From positions 1-63,759 of the forward strand of contig CAMEJH010000005.1 in the NCBI GenBank assembly GCA_945919455.1: a stretch of 63,759 nucleotides of DNA. The letters are read 5' to 3'. Of the stretch, positions 1-10,295 are shown piece by piece. Numbering within the stretch: position 1 is the first letter of the stretch; each line of letters opens with the position of its first letter. This stretch comes from an uncultured Clostridium sp. Its GTDB lineage: Bacteria; Bacillota; Clostridia; TANB77; CAG-508. A program made the position numbers and the translations under genes. Under the pieces are notes generated by a model, which was given only the letters and a program-made list of their open reading frames with translations, did not search any database and was not told where the DNA came from.

Positions 1-332
1 ATAATATGGTATCTAACACCTGGAAGGTCTTTTACTCTTCCTCCTCTGATTAGAACTACACTGTGTTCTTGTAAGTTATGTCCTATACCTGGGATATAAG
101 ATGTAACTTCATAACCATTTGAAAGTCTAACTCTGGCAACTTTTCTTAATGCTGAATTTGGCTTCTTTGGTGTTACAGTTTTTACTACAGTACATACACC
201 TCTTTTTTGTGGTGCTTTGTTATTTGTTAATGTTTTATTTTTTGAATTCCATCCATGTTGTAAAGCTGGTGCTGTAGATTTTGCCTTTGAAGTTTGTCTT
301 CCTTTTCTTACTAATTGATTAATTGTTGGCAC
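1..332 (-). CDS. rpsL: 30S ribosomal protein S12 (N-terminal ~110 codons; 3' end runs off the window)
   Basis: My translation from GTG at 332 reads [25 protein letters not shown]...[67 protein letters not shown], the conserved S12 core. GAGGTG Shine-Dalgarno at 341-346. It is absent from the ORF track because it is open at the window edge. Confidence 0.9.
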   Translation of the reverse strand, partial: MPTINQLVRKGRQTSKAKSTAPALQHGWNSKNKTLTNNKAPQKRGVCTVVKTVTPKKPNSALRKVARVRLSNGYEVTSYIPGIGHNLQEHSVVLIRGGRVKDLPGVRYHI

Positions 333-369
333 TTAAATTTCACCTCTTTTCTAATTTTTACTATTATAA

Positions 370-415
370 AAACCGCTACGGAATTGCCAATTAAAGGCAA
401 ATTTCATCGCGGTTT
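370..415 (-). terminator. Stem-loop plus T-run downstream of the 464-2323 gene, overlapping a possible rpsL promoter
   Basis: Arms AAACCGC (370-376) and GCGGTTT (409-415) pair, with inner TTGCC (384-388) and GGCAA (396-400). The minus-strand 3' flank reads GCGGTTTTTATAATAG. Confidence 0.45.
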
Positions 416-463
416 ATATTTTATCATTTTTTCCTTATTATGTCAATGTTTTTATGATATTTT

Positions 464-2323
464 TTAATATTTTCCTTCTGGTAATGCATTAGCATTATTT
501 GAATTAAATGTTCTTTTTAATATATATCTTATTTTGCTCAGTCCTGCATTCCATCCTATTATATCTATTTTTTCATTTTTCTTTGCATTTTTGCATATTT
601 TTGATAATATTTCTTTTTCTTTTTTATTAAGTGATGTACCATCCATATAAGAAATATTATATGTAATACTTGGAATTGCTTCTATTTCGCTTTCATCATT
701 TTTTGAAAAAGACATTGCATAATTATATATTAAATTTTGTGCATCATAATTGTATTGTTTTGCAAATTTAACTAATACTTCGCAGATTATAGGATCTATC
801 TTTTTTATTACTTTTTTATCTAATGCTCTATATTCAGCTACAGCATAATTAATTAATATTTCTTTTAATTCTTCTCTATTTTCTTTATCTTTTAATATAA
901 TATTTCCAGTTTCAGCTTTTCTTGGGTATACATCAATTTCTTTTTCATTGCTTAATTGAGCTTTGTATACAAGTTCTCCATTATCAAATTTTGCGGTAAT
1001 ATTTGCTATTGTAACTTTTTCACCAAATGTAGGAATTTCCTGTGTCTTATCTATAGTTTCTTCAAAAGTTATTATTTCTTCTTCCGCATTTTCCTGTATT
1101 GGTTGAACTTCTGCTTGTCCTTCAACTTTTTGAACGTTTTCAAATGTTTCTAATTTTATGGTTTGTTCTTTATTATCTAGTTCTTCAACTTTAGAAACAT
1201 TAGAAGTTTCTTCTATAGGTTGAATATCTTCTAGTGTTATTTCATCAAGTGCTTCTATTTCTTCTACTTTTATTTCTTGAATTGGTTCAATTTCTTCTAC
1301 TTTTATTTCTTCTATAGGTTGAATGTCTTCAATATTTATTTCTTCTAGTGGCTCTAAATATTCTATTTCTACTTCTTCTAAAGGATCTACCTCTTCGATC
1401 TCTTGAATAGTACTTACTTCTGGTTCTATCTCTACATTTTCTGCAAATTCAGAATTAGTTTCTGTTAAAGGCAAAGTTATTGCCTCTTCTGTCACTTCTT
1501 CTGTCTTTTGTATGTTTTCTTGTTCTTCTACAATGTTTTGTGCATTTTCTATTTGTATGCTTTCTTCTATTTCTTCTATTACAGCTTGAACTTCTTGATC
1601 AGATACATTTTCAGATATTTTTTCTGCTTGTTCCTCTACTAAATTTTCTGCAGTCTCTTCTTTTATTTCTTCTATTTCGTTTTTTGCAACTGGTTCTTGT
1701 GTTTCTTCTCTTATGATTAAATTCCAGTTTTCGTTTTTAACTGCTCTTTTATATCTTGCTAATTCTGATAGTTCTTCTTCTTTCTTTTCTATTCTAACAT
1801 CAAATTCGGATATTTGTTTTTGCTTTTCATTATATTCTTCTTCTTGAATTTTATTTTCTTTTTCTGCATTTTCTGAAAGTTCTGGCATTCTACCAAATCT
1901 TGTAAAAAACTCTTGTTTTTGTACTTCATATTTTGCATTTCTAGCTTCTTGTAATAGCATACTTTCTTCTATATCTTTTTTTTGTTCTTCTATTTTACGG
2001 ATTTCTCTTATTCCTTCTGAAATTAGATTATCTATTGTTATATTTACTTGTTTTTTTATTTCTAGGTATCTTGAATTAAGTTTATTTTGTAATTCTTGAC
2101 TTTGGTTACCTAACTCAGCTATTTGTTCTCCAAGCTCACTAATTTCAGCCTCTGCATCTTCCGCATAAGCATTATTTGTATTTTCATTTAATGATTTTTT
2201 ACAATTTCTTTCTTGAGCTATTTTATTTCTTTTAGCTTCTATTTCCGTAATTTGTTGTGTCATTTGTTGCTTCTCATAAATGAAATTTTTTATAATTTCT
2301 TGTATTTCTTCTAATCTGTTCAT
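464..2323 (-). CDS. Acidic coiled-coil protein with internal tandem repeats, function unknown
   Basis: 619-aa ORF. The N-half is Glu/Lys/Ile-rich. The central E/I/P/V block has a 33-nt DNA periodicity (CTTCTACTTTTATTTCTT at 1261-1278 and 1294-1311). The C-terminal ~200 aa are non-repetitive. I recognise no family. Confidence 0.7.
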   Translation of the reverse strand: MNRLEEIQEIIKNFIYEKQQMTQQITEIEAKRNKIAQERNCKKSLNENTNNAYAEDAEAEISELGEQIAELGNQSQELQNKLNSRYLEIKKQVNITIDNLISEGIREIRKIEEQKKDIEESMLLQEARNAKYEVQKQEFFTRFGRMPELSENAEKENKIQEEEYNEKQKQISEFDVRIEKKEEELSELARYKRAVKNENWNLIIREETQEPVAKNEIEEIKEETAENLVEEQAEKISENVSDQEVQAVIEEIEESIQIENAQNIVEEQENIQKTEEVTEEAITLPLTETNSEFAENVEIEPEVSTIQEIEEVDPLEEVEIEYLEPLEEINIEDIQPIEEIKVEEIEPIQEIKVEEIEALDEITLEDIQPIEETSNVSKVEELDNKEQTIKLETFENVQKVEGQAEVQPIQENAEEEIITFEETIDKTQEIPTFGEKVTIANITAKFDNGELVYKAQLSNEKEIDVYPRKAETGNIILKDKENREELKEILINYAVAEYRALDKKVIKKIDPIICEVLVKFAKQYNYDAQNLIYNYAMSFSKNDESEIEAIPSITYNISYMDGTSLNKKEKEILSKICKNAKKNEKIDIIGWNAGLSKIRYILKRTFNSNNANALPEGKY

Positions 2324-2453
2324 TCCCTAACCTTATCAAGTAATTGCTTACTTAATAAACTCCTTTCATTAGTTATCCTATTCTATTTCATTTTATATTC
2401 TAACACAACAATTTTTTTTGCACAAGACTTTTTTTGTAAATTTTTTTCTTTTT

Positions 2454-3812
2454 TTACATATTTTTGTTTTTTAATGCCGAAAGTGCTCTATCCGCAAGCT
2501 TTTCGTATTTTAATTTTTTGTCTTTTATTTTTGTTTCAAGTTCAGGTAGTATTCCAAAATTAGCATTCATTGGTTGAAATTTTCTATTTTCTGTAGAGAT
2601 ATACTTTGCTAATGCTCCTATCATAGTTAAATCTGAAAAAATAGTCTTATCCTTGTTTTCAAATTTATGGCACGCATTTAGGGCAGCAACCATTCCAGAT
2701 GATATAGATTCTACATACCCTTCTACTCCTGTAATTTGCCCAGCAAAAAATATATTAGTATTACTTTTTAGATTATATGTATTGTCTAGTAATTTAGTAG
2801 AATTTATATATGTATTTCTATGCATTACACCATATTTTACAAATTCTGCATTTTCTAATCCAGGTATCATTGAAAATACTCTTTTTTGTTCTCCAAATTT
2901 AAGATTAGTTTGAAATCCAACTAAATTATATATTATTCCATTCGTGTCGTCTTGCCTTAATTGTACTAAAGCATATGGTCGTTTTGCAGTTCTGGGATCA
3001 TCAAATCCCACCGGTTTTAATGGTCCATATCTTAATGTATCAATTCCTCTTTTTGCCATTATCTCTAGTGGCATACATCCTTCAAATATTTCCTTTTTTT
3101 CAAAATTATGTAATGTTACTACTTCTGCATTTATAAGTTCATTACAGAATTTTTCATATTCTTCTTTGTTCATTGGAAGATTTATATAACTTGCATCTTG
3201 ATCTTTTATTCTTTTTCTCCATTCTTCTTCTGTTTCATTTTTTGCTTTTTCCTGTTCATATCTATTGCCATAAAATGCTATATTAAAATTCACGCTTTCT
3301 TTTGTTAATATAGGTGCTGCTGCATCATAAAAGTATAATTTATCTTCTCCTGTTATCTTAGATATTTGTTTTGCTAATCCTTCTGATGTCAGTGGGCCTG
3401 TTGCTATTATTACAATTCCTTCTTTACTTATTTGTTCTATATTTGTTATCTCTTGATGTATTATTTCTATTAGTTCATTTTTTTCTATTTGCTCTGTTAC
3501 TTTTTTTGCAAATATTTCTCGGTCTACCGCTAATGCTTGTCCTGCAGGCACCTGTGTTTCATCTGCTACTTCTATTAGTAATGAGTCCAATTCTCTTAAT
3601 TCTTCTTTTAATAATCCACATGCATTTGTATGTAAATTTGATTTAAATGAATTGCTACATACTATTTCTGCTAAGTTTTTGTTACTGTGTGCTTCTGTAA
3701 ACTTTACTGGTTTCATTTCGTATAATTTTACTTTTATACCTCTTTTTGCTATTTGATATGCCGCTTCACATCCTGCTAGCCCTCCACCTATTATTGTTAT
3801 ATAGTCTTTCAT
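2454..3812 (-). CDS. trmFO: Methylenetetrahydrofolate--tRNA-(uracil54-C5)-methyltransferase TrmFO
   Basis: 452 aa. N-terminal FAD fold IIGGGLAGCEAAYQIAKRGIKVKLYEMKP, with length and overall pattern typical of TrmFO/Gid. Confidence 0.9.
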   Translation of the reverse strand: MKDYITIIGGGLAGCEAAYQIAKRGIKVKLYEMKPVKFTEAHSNKNLAEIVCSNSFKSNLHTNACGLLKEELRELDSLLIEVADETQVPAGQALAVDREIFAKKVTEQIEKNELIEIIHQEITNIEQISKEGIVIIATGPLTSEGLAKQISKITGEDKLYFYDAAAPILTKESVNFNIAFYGNRYEQEKAKNETEEEWRKRIKDQDASYINLPMNKEEYEKFCNELINAEVVTLHNFEKKEIFEGCMPLEIMAKRGIDTLRYGPLKPVGFDDPRTAKRPYALVQLRQDDTNGIIYNLVGFQTNLKFGEQKRVFSMIPGLENAEFVKYGVMHRNTYINSTKLLDNTYNLKSNTNIFFAGQITGVEGYVESISSGMVAALNACHKFENKDKTIFSDLTMIGALAKYISTENRKFQPMNANFGILPELETKIKDKKLKYEKLADRALSALKNKNM

Positions 3813-3838
3813 AATTTTACCTTCTTTTTTACTTTATT

Positions 3839-3936
3839 TTTAAATACCAATATATTACTATTTCATAGCCAAAACATAGCTAATGTTTAACAATCTAAGC
3901 TTAGCATTATTCAATAGTAATATATTGGTATTTAAA
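3839..3936. repeat. Long-hairpin intergenic element, copy A (divergent core)
   Basis: Perfect 24-bp inverted arms TTTAAATACCAATATATTACTATT (3839-3862) and AATAGTAATATATTGGTATTTAAA (3913-3936). The core starts TCATAGCCAAAACATAGCT like copies B-D and then diverges (contains CTAAGCTTAG). Confidence 0.7.
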
Positions 3937-3955
3937 TAAAAATTCTTAATAATAA

Positions 3956-6900
3956 CTACTCAAATAATTTCATTATATCTTCTTTAGAAAGTTTACTAAT
4001 AAATGATGTCTTAGTATCAAGCATATTATCTATTAATTCAGACTTTCTTTGTTGCAATTCATATATTTTTTCTTCTATAGAGTTTTTAGTAATTAACTTA
4101 TATACTTGAACATTGTTTTTTTGTCCTATCCTATACGCTCTATCTGTAGCTTGATTTTCTGCAGAAGCATTCCACCATGGATCATAATGTATTACCATAT
4201 CAGCACCAGTCAAGTTTAATCCAGTGCCACCGGCTTTTAATGAAATTAAAAATACCTTAATATCTTTATTTTCGTTAAATTCATCTACCATTTTTATTCT
4301 GTCATCAACTTTGGTAGCTCCTGTTAATTTAAAGTACTTTATGTCTTTTTCTTTCAATTCATTTTCTATAAATTCAAAAACTGATGTATAACCAGAAAAT
4401 AATAAAATCTTATGTCCTGAATCTGTTGCATCTTTTACTATTTCTATGCATTGCTCTAGTTTACTACTTCCTCCAGTATAATTTTTTATAAATAGTCCTG
4501 GATGGCAACATATTTGTCTTAATCTTGTAAGTGCAGCTAGTACTTGTATATGGCTTTTTTCAAAGCCTCTAATGTTTATTGTATCTGCTACTTCCTGCTT
4601 TGCTTGAGCCAAATAATTTAAATATATTTTTTCTTGTTCTTCTTTCATTTGATTATTTAACACTGTTATAGTTTTTTCAGGCAATTCTGTTAGTACTTGC
4701 TTCTTTGTTCTTCTTAATATAAATGGTTCTATCAACATTTTTAATTTATTCATTGCTTTTAAATCATTATCTTTTACAATAGGTGTTTCAAAAGCTGTTT
4801 TGAATTTTTTATAGCTAAATAAGTAACCTGGCATTATATAATCAAATATAGACCATAATTCTGCTAATGAATTTTCTATTGGTGTTCCTGTTAAAGCATA
4901 TCTAGTATCTGCTAATATGTCTTTTACAGCTTTTGCATTTTGTGTATTACTATTTTTTAAATATTGTGCTTCATCAGCTATAGCATATCTAAATTTATAT
5001 TTTTGTTCTCTATATATTTCAATATCTCTTTTAAGTAAATCATATGATGTGATTATTATGTCAAAATCTTTTATTTTGCTTATTTGTTCCTTACGTTCTA
5101 AAGCGTTTCCCTTTATAACTAAAGTTTTTAGTTCATTTGTGAATTTTTTTGCTTCGTTCTGCCAATTTAGTGTTAATGAACTTGGACATATAACTATTGA
5201 TGCTCTTCTTTCTTGTTTTTCTCCCACATATCCTGCTATTATTGATAACATTTGTATCGTTTTTCCAAGTCCCATATCATCTGCAAGTATCCCTCCAAAT
5301 TTATAATTATCTAATACTTTTAGCCATTTATATCCTGTTTTTTGGTAATATCTTAATATTCCATCAAGATTAGCTGGAACAGTTATTTCGTCTCCTCCAT
5401 TTTCTTTGTCCAAACTTGATACTATTTCTTTATAGTCAGAATTTTTACTTATTTGTGTATTTGAAACAGTTTTTAATAATTGATTCAAGTATAAGCTTCT
5501 ATTAATTGGTAAATGTACATTTCCTTTTTCTAAGTCTTTATAGCTAATATCCATACCTGTCATTAGCTTATCAACAAATTCTATATCTGGATTTTCTTCT
5601 AAACTTATAAAACTACCATCTTTTAGTTTATGGTATTTCTTTTTTAGAGTATATTTTTCCATTATTTCTTGTAGTTCTTTTATATCTATATTTAAGTTGT
5701 TTAAATCTATACTTAATAAGTTATTTTCTATTTTAACTCCTAAGCTTCCTATTTTAGGTTGTTTTATTTGTTTAGTTTTAAAATTATCTGTTACCATTAC
5801 TTCAAAATTTTGCATATATTTATTTATATCATTTGATAAAAATTCAAAGATTTTATCATCATCTGGAAGTATAAAACATTCTTTTTGAGCATAATACATA
5901 AATCCTGTTTTTCTTATTATATTGATCGCTTTGTTCTCTGCTACTATATCTCTAGGGTATTTTATATCGATTTTTTGTTGTAATGGATTAAATTCTTCTT
6001 CTCCATAGCAGAACCTTGCATCAGCTATTATATATTCATTCTCGTCAAAATCTAAAAACATTTTTACTACTAATTTTTTAGGTTTGTATTTTTCAATTTC
6101 ATCTTCGTTTATGTCTTTAAATTCAATACCGTCCTTAATTTTAGGCAAAATTACTGAAAATAATTCTGGCAACTGTTCTGTGCCAAATATTAATTCTGTT
6201 AAAAAGTTTTCTTTAAAGATTTTCAACATTTTTAAAGTTGTTTCTTCATATTTTTTATTGCATTTATATAATGCATTTGCTTGTAAAATATATTGATTAT
6301 CCTTTCCTTGTAGTATTTCTATTTCTCGCAAAATATCAATATTTTCATTAATTGATATTTTATATTCATTTTCGCCCTTTTTTTGCATCACAAAATGCAA
6401 ATTAGGATTTTCATCTTTTAGTTCAATCCTACTTTCTTGATATTCCTTCTGGAATAATATTTCTCTTGATTTTAAAATATCAAAAATTTTATCTAAATCA
6501 CTATTACTTAATACTATATAACTTTCATTCATAGCTTTCCCATAATACCTAAAATTAGAGTTTGCTTCTGAATTAACAAAATGTATTATCTCTGCATTTT
6601 TTAAGATAAATTCTAATAGTTCTTGATCTTTCTCTTCAAAATTTTCTTTTTTATGTATAAATTCTAATTTACTTCCATATTTATATTTTTCTTTTGAAAT
6701 CATTCTATTGTAAAAATCAGACAAGTCTTTTAATTTATACATTCTTTGATTCCCAATTTTAAATTCTATTCTTAAATTGTTGATATATTTATCATAAATA
6801 AGTTTAGGCTCTATTCTTACTTTCTCTTTGTTTTCTTCTTGTTCGTTTGTTTGAGATATTTCTTGCATTTCTTCTGCATAGAATGTGTTTACTATCTGCT

Positions 6901-7279
6901 TAAAACTTCTATATTTAGAGTCTACATTTAAATTTTTATTTATTTCAATTCTGTTTTGTTTTTTTAGCATTTCTTCATATTTTGTTTTTTCTGTAAATTC
7001 CATCATTGTTGCCACTATATGTTTACATGCAGCATATCTTTCTTGATAATCTGCACATTCACATGTTACATCTTCTATTTCATTATGACTAACACATATA
7101 TGTGTTCTATAAACATCTTGTCCAGTTACTTTTCCCGTTATTTCAAAATTTTCTGGATTATCATAATTGATTTTTTCAATTTCTGTTCTTCCTGTTCTCA
7201 TATACAGTCTGGCTTTTTCTACTCTTGTACTTCCCGCATCTTCATATAGTTCTTGGATTATTTCATTATTAACTAACAT
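3956..7279 (-). CDS. SNF2-family helicase with N-terminal SWIM zinc finger
   Basis: 1107 aa. SWIM CxC..CxH (CECADYQERYAACKHIVA). SNF2 motifs DDMGLGKT and DEAQYLKN. Helicase-C motif QATDRAYRIGQ. Confidence 0.9.
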   Translation of the reverse strand: MLVNNEIIQELYEDAGSTRVEKARLYMRTGRTEIEKINYDNPENFEITGKVTGQDVYRTHICVSHNEIEDVTCECADYQERYAACKHIVATMMEFTEKTKYEEMLKKQNRIEINKNLNVDSKYRSFKQIVNTFYAEEMQEISQTNEQEENKEKVRIEPKLIYDKYINNLRIEFKIGNQRMYKLKDLSDFYNRMISKEKYKYGSKLEFIHKKENFEEKDQELLEFILKNAEIIHFVNSEANSNFRYYGKAMNESYIVLSNSDLDKIFDILKSREILFQKEYQESRIELKDENPNLHFVMQKKGENEYKISINENIDILREIEILQGKDNQYILQANALYKCNKKYEETTLKMLKIFKENFLTELIFGTEQLPELFSVILPKIKDGIEFKDINEDEIEKYKPKKLVVKMFLDFDENEYIIADARFCYGEEEFNPLQQKIDIKYPRDIVAENKAINIIRKTGFMYYAQKECFILPDDDKIFEFLSNDINKYMQNFEVMVTDNFKTKQIKQPKIGSLGVKIENNLLSIDLNNLNIDIKELQEIMEKYTLKKKYHKLKDGSFISLEENPDIEFVDKLMTGMDISYKDLEKGNVHLPINRSLYLNQLLKTVSNTQISKNSDYKEIVSSLDKENGGDEITVPANLDGILRYYQKTGYKWLKVLDNYKFGGILADDMGLGKTIQMLSIIAGYVGEKQERRASIVICPSSLTLNWQNEAKKFTNELKTLVIKGNALERKEQISKIKDFDIIITSYDLLKRDIEIYREQKYKFRYAIADEAQYLKNSNTQNAKAVKDILADTRYALTGTPIENSLAELWSIFDYIMPGYLFSYKKFKTAFETPIVKDNDLKAMNKLKMLIEPFILRRTKKQVLTELPEKTITVLNNQMKEEQEKIYLNYLAQAKQEVADTINIRGFEKSHIQVLAALTRLRQICCHPGLFIKNYTGGSSKLEQCIEIVKDATDSGHKILLFSGYTSVFEFIENELKEKDIKYFKLTGATKVDDRIKMVDEFNENKDIKVFLISLKAGGTGLNLTGADMVIHYDPWWNASAENQATDRAYRIGQKNNVQVYKLITKNSIEEKIYELQQRKSELIDNMLDTKTSFISKLSKEDIMKLFE

Positions 7280-7473
7280 GTTTTTGCTCCTTGCCTTTTT
7301 CTTGGCTCATTATTATATAACATTTTTTATTTTTTTGCAATACAGTTATAGAATTTTTATTTGCTTACTCATTTTGCATTTATAAAAAATTACTGGTGGT
7401 ATTAAGCAACTTATTTTTTATATTTTTTTGTTATTATCTAATTGTATTATTATAATAGAAAGATGGTATTAAT

Positions 7474-7713
7474 ATGGAGCAAGATATATATTTTTTAGTG
7501 GGGCAAAATATAAAGAAGCAAAGGAAATTAAAAGGACTTACCCAACTTCAATTAGCAAATAAGTCCTATTTTAGTTATGAGTTTATTAGAAAAATAGAAT
7601 CCAGAAGTGCTTGTAGAAATACATTTTCATTAGATACTGTTGATAAAATTGCTAAGGCATTAGATGTTGATGTTCGATTGTTATTTGAACCTCTTGATAA
7701 TAACCATAAGTAA
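7474..7713 (+). CDS. XRE-family helix-turn-helix transcriptional regulator
   Basis: 79 aa. IKKQRKLKGLTQLQLANKS matches the Cro/C1-type HTH pattern. It is divergent from the SNF2 gene. Confidence 0.75.
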   Translation: MEQDIYFLVGQNIKKQRKLKGLTQLQLANKSYFSYEFIRKIESRSACRNTFSLDTVDKIAKALDVDVRLLFEPLDNNHK

Positions 7714-7727
7714 TATACTGTTTTCAT

Positions 7728-7758
7728 AAAAAAATCAACCATTATGGTTGATTTTTTA
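7728..7758. terminator. Bidirectional intrinsic terminator
   Basis: A-run, then AATCAACCA (7733-7741), loop TTA, TGGTTGATT (7745-7753), then T-run. It lies between convergent genes. Confidence 0.6.
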
Positions 7759-8310
7759 TATATTAAATAAATATGTAGCTTCTAAATCTGCTTCGAACAT
7801 TAATAATGCTAAAGGATATTTCTTATATGCTAATCCTATTGTTGTATATTGCTCTTTAGGTTCTGTAAATCCCATATGCCAACGAATTGCATACTTTTCT
7901 TCACTTGTTAGTTTCATATATTCTGTAATCATCATTACAGACTTTTCTCCATGGCCATATGGAATAGTATCATCTACTGTGTAATATGGCACCTTTTCCC
8001 ACACTCCTAAAGCATTTTTAGCATTTCTATAGTCTATTTTATAAAAGTTTGCTTTACATACATCATGTAATAATGCTACTATTTTTAATGTATCTTCTGA
8101 TATATTTAATTGTACAGGCGAATTTTTAACTTTTTCTACAAGTATTTCATATACTTTCATACTGTGTTCTACTAATCCACCTGCATAATCACCATGAAAT
8201 CTTGTACTTGCAGGTGCAGTAAAAAAGTCTGTACTTTCTAAAAATTTTATAAAATCTTCTAATCCATCTCTATTTACTGTCCTTAATATTTTTAAAAATT
8301 CTTCTTTCAT
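7756..8310 (-). CDS. HD-domain phosphohydrolase
   Basis: 184 aa. The H...HD signature (VEHSMKV ... ALLHDVCK) is typical of the HD superfamily. Confidence 0.75.
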   Translation of the reverse strand: MKEEFLKILRTVNRDGLEDFIKFLESTDFFTAPASTRFHGDYAGGLVEHSMKVYEILVEKVKNSPVQLNISEDTLKIVALLHDVCKANFYKIDYRNAKNALGVWEKVPYYTVDDTIPYGHGEKSVMMITEYMKLTSEEKYAIRWHMGFTEPKEQYTTIGLAYKKYPLALLMFEADLEATYLFNI

Positions 8311-8312
8311 AT

Positions 8313-8981
8313 TTACCTCTTTTTTTCTTTTATTATATTTGTTACTGCTTCTACTACTTCCTCTATTGTCATTTCGGTTGAATCTATATATATAGCATCT
8401 GTTGCTTTTGATAATGGTGCAATTTCTCTATGGCTATCTATATAATCTCTTTCTTTTACATTTTTCAGAATTTCATCATATGAGATTTCTATACCATTTT
8501 CTTCATTTTGTTTAAATCTTCTCTTTGCTCTTTCTTCTGGTGTAGCATCTAAATATATTTTTACATCTGCATTTGGAAATACATTTGTTCCAATATCTCT
8601 TCCTTCCATTATTACATCTATTGTTTTTGCCATTTCTCTTTGCATATTGGCCATACATTCTCTTACTTGCTTTACAGTAGATACTGGTGATACAAATTCA
8701 TTTACCTCTTTACTTCTTATTTTTAAAGTTACATCTTTTCCATTTAGAAATACTTTTTTAGAATCTTTATCATCTACAAATTCAATTTTAATGTCTTTTA
8801 AAATTGAATTTATTCTATTTAAATCTTCTATTCCAGCATTATTTTCTAACATTGCTAGAGTTACACATCTATACATAGCGCCTGTATCTATTGTGACTAA
8901 ATTTAATTTCTCTGCAACTATTTTAGTTATTGTGCCTTTTCCACTACCTGCTGTTCCATCTACCGCTACTACAAATCCCAT
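8313..8981 (-). CDS. cmk: Cytidylate kinase
   Basis: 222 aa. P-loop VAVDGTAGSGKGT, and the layout and length of CMP kinases. Confidence 0.9.
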   Translation of the reverse strand: MGFVVAVDGTAGSGKGTITKIVAEKLNLVTIDTGAMYRCVTLAMLENNAGIEDLNRINSILKDIKIEFVDDKDSKKVFLNGKDVTLKIRSKEVNEFVSPVSTVKQVRECMANMQREMAKTIDVIMEGRDIGTNVFPNADVKIYLDATPEERAKRRFKQNEENGIEISYDEILKNVKERDYIDSHREIAPLSKATDAIYIDSTEMTIEEVVEAVTNIIKEKKR

Positions 8982-9005
8982 TATATTACTTCCCTTCTAT
9001 TAACA

Positions 9006-10103
9006 TTAATCTTCTTTTTCTTTTGTTAATATAAATCCTGTTGATATAAATCTAGTTCTGTGTGCTCCTGAGCTGTCTATTGGATCATTTATTATTTCAC
9101 CATTTACTACCATTACGCTTGATGTTCCTCCATCTAGATTAGCTGCATTATATGCTCCATAATTTTGCATTATTTCTATTAAATCATTCATATCTGCACC
9201 TGGTTTAGATACTGTTCTTCCATCTATTACAAGAAATAGTACTATACCATCTTTTCTCTGTCCTATAGCTGTTCTTGGTGCTGTTCCCCATCCACCATTT
9301 CCTAAAACTTTTGATGGTTTTCCATTTATTATTAAAAATGGTCCAAATGTTACAGCATCTCTTATCTTCATTTCTTGAGCTTGCTTTACAGTCATTTTTC
9401 CTAAAACTAATTTATCCTCTTCTGTAAATCCTATTATTCCTCCTGAGCCATTCCAACTTTTTGATGTTATTAATTTTCCTCCTGAAAACGTTATACCTAA
9501 AGGTTGTGCTCCATTACTATTAAAATTAGGATCTTCAAATCCACCACCATTTATTGCAATTAATGCATCATTATCTTTTGCCATTGTTTTTAGATATTGT
9601 CCACTGGTTCCCAATTTTTTTGTATATACTGTCTTTACTCTTGATGGATCATATATTACTGCTAAATACCCACTATATCCTTTTCCTTTTATATCTATTA
9701 TTTTATAATCATCATTATCTGGATCTTTTTCTAATACTGCTTTTTCATATTCATTTGCATATTCTTTTTTAGGCACTGTTGTTTTATCAACAACTACTGT
9801 ATTTGTATCTGTTATTTCATCAACTTCTTGAACTTTGTTTTTATTTAACACCTCTTGTATTGTTTCATCATCATAAAACCATGTTGCAAAATATTGATGT
9901 GTCATTGTTGTCATTGCTGTTGTTATTAGCCATTCTCTAAATCCTGAATAAGGTCCATATAATAAAAATAGTCCTGATGATCCGCCAGCAATAATTAATA
10001 TAGCAAATATTATTAAAATCTTCTTAATTCTTTGTTTTCTTTCTTTTCTTTTTCTTGTTCTTTTTACTAACTTTGGTTCTTCTATTTTTTCATCTTTTTC
10101 CAT
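9006..10103 (-). CDS. Membrane-anchored phosphodiester glycosidase family protein (DUF2233-type)
   Basis: 365 aa. Basic N-terminus plus one TM (ILIIFAILIIAGGSSGLFLL). The C-terminal block RTAIGQRKDGIVLFLVIDGR...ANLDGGTSS is typical of this family. Confidence 0.7.
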   Translation of the reverse strand: MEKDEKIEEPKLVKRTRKRKERKQRIKKILIIFAILIIAGGSSGLFLLYGPYSGFREWLITTAMTTMTHQYFATWFYDDETIQEVLNKNKVQEVDEITDTNTVVVDKTTVPKKEYANEYEKAVLEKDPDNDDYKIIDIKGKGYSGYLAVIYDPSRVKTVYTKKLGTSGQYLKTMAKDNDALIAINGGGFEDPNFNSNGAQPLGITFSGGKLITSKSWNGSGGIIGFTEEDKLVLGKMTVKQAQEMKIRDAVTFGPFLIINGKPSKVLGNGGWGTAPRTAIGQRKDGIVLFLVIDGRTVSKPGADMNDLIEIMQNYGAYNAANLDGGTSSVMVVNGEIINDPIDSSGAHRTRFISTGFILTKEKED

Positions 10104-10295
10104 TTTAATTCATCTCCATATTTTTGTCTTGACTATTATAACAATTTTTTTTATTAATAGCAACATTTTTAAATATTTTTTATATTTCTTAATAAATACC
10201 TATATTATTGACATTTTTTCTATTTTTTTGGTTCATTTATATTGATATTATGTCAAAAACAATGTATAATAATGCTTGTAAAAGGAGGAGTTTAT

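Noticed and set aside
10104-10295. T-box leader upstream of hisS
   Set aside because: The region is only about 190 nt of AT-rich sequence, with no specifier or T-box motif and no terminator/antiterminator pair.
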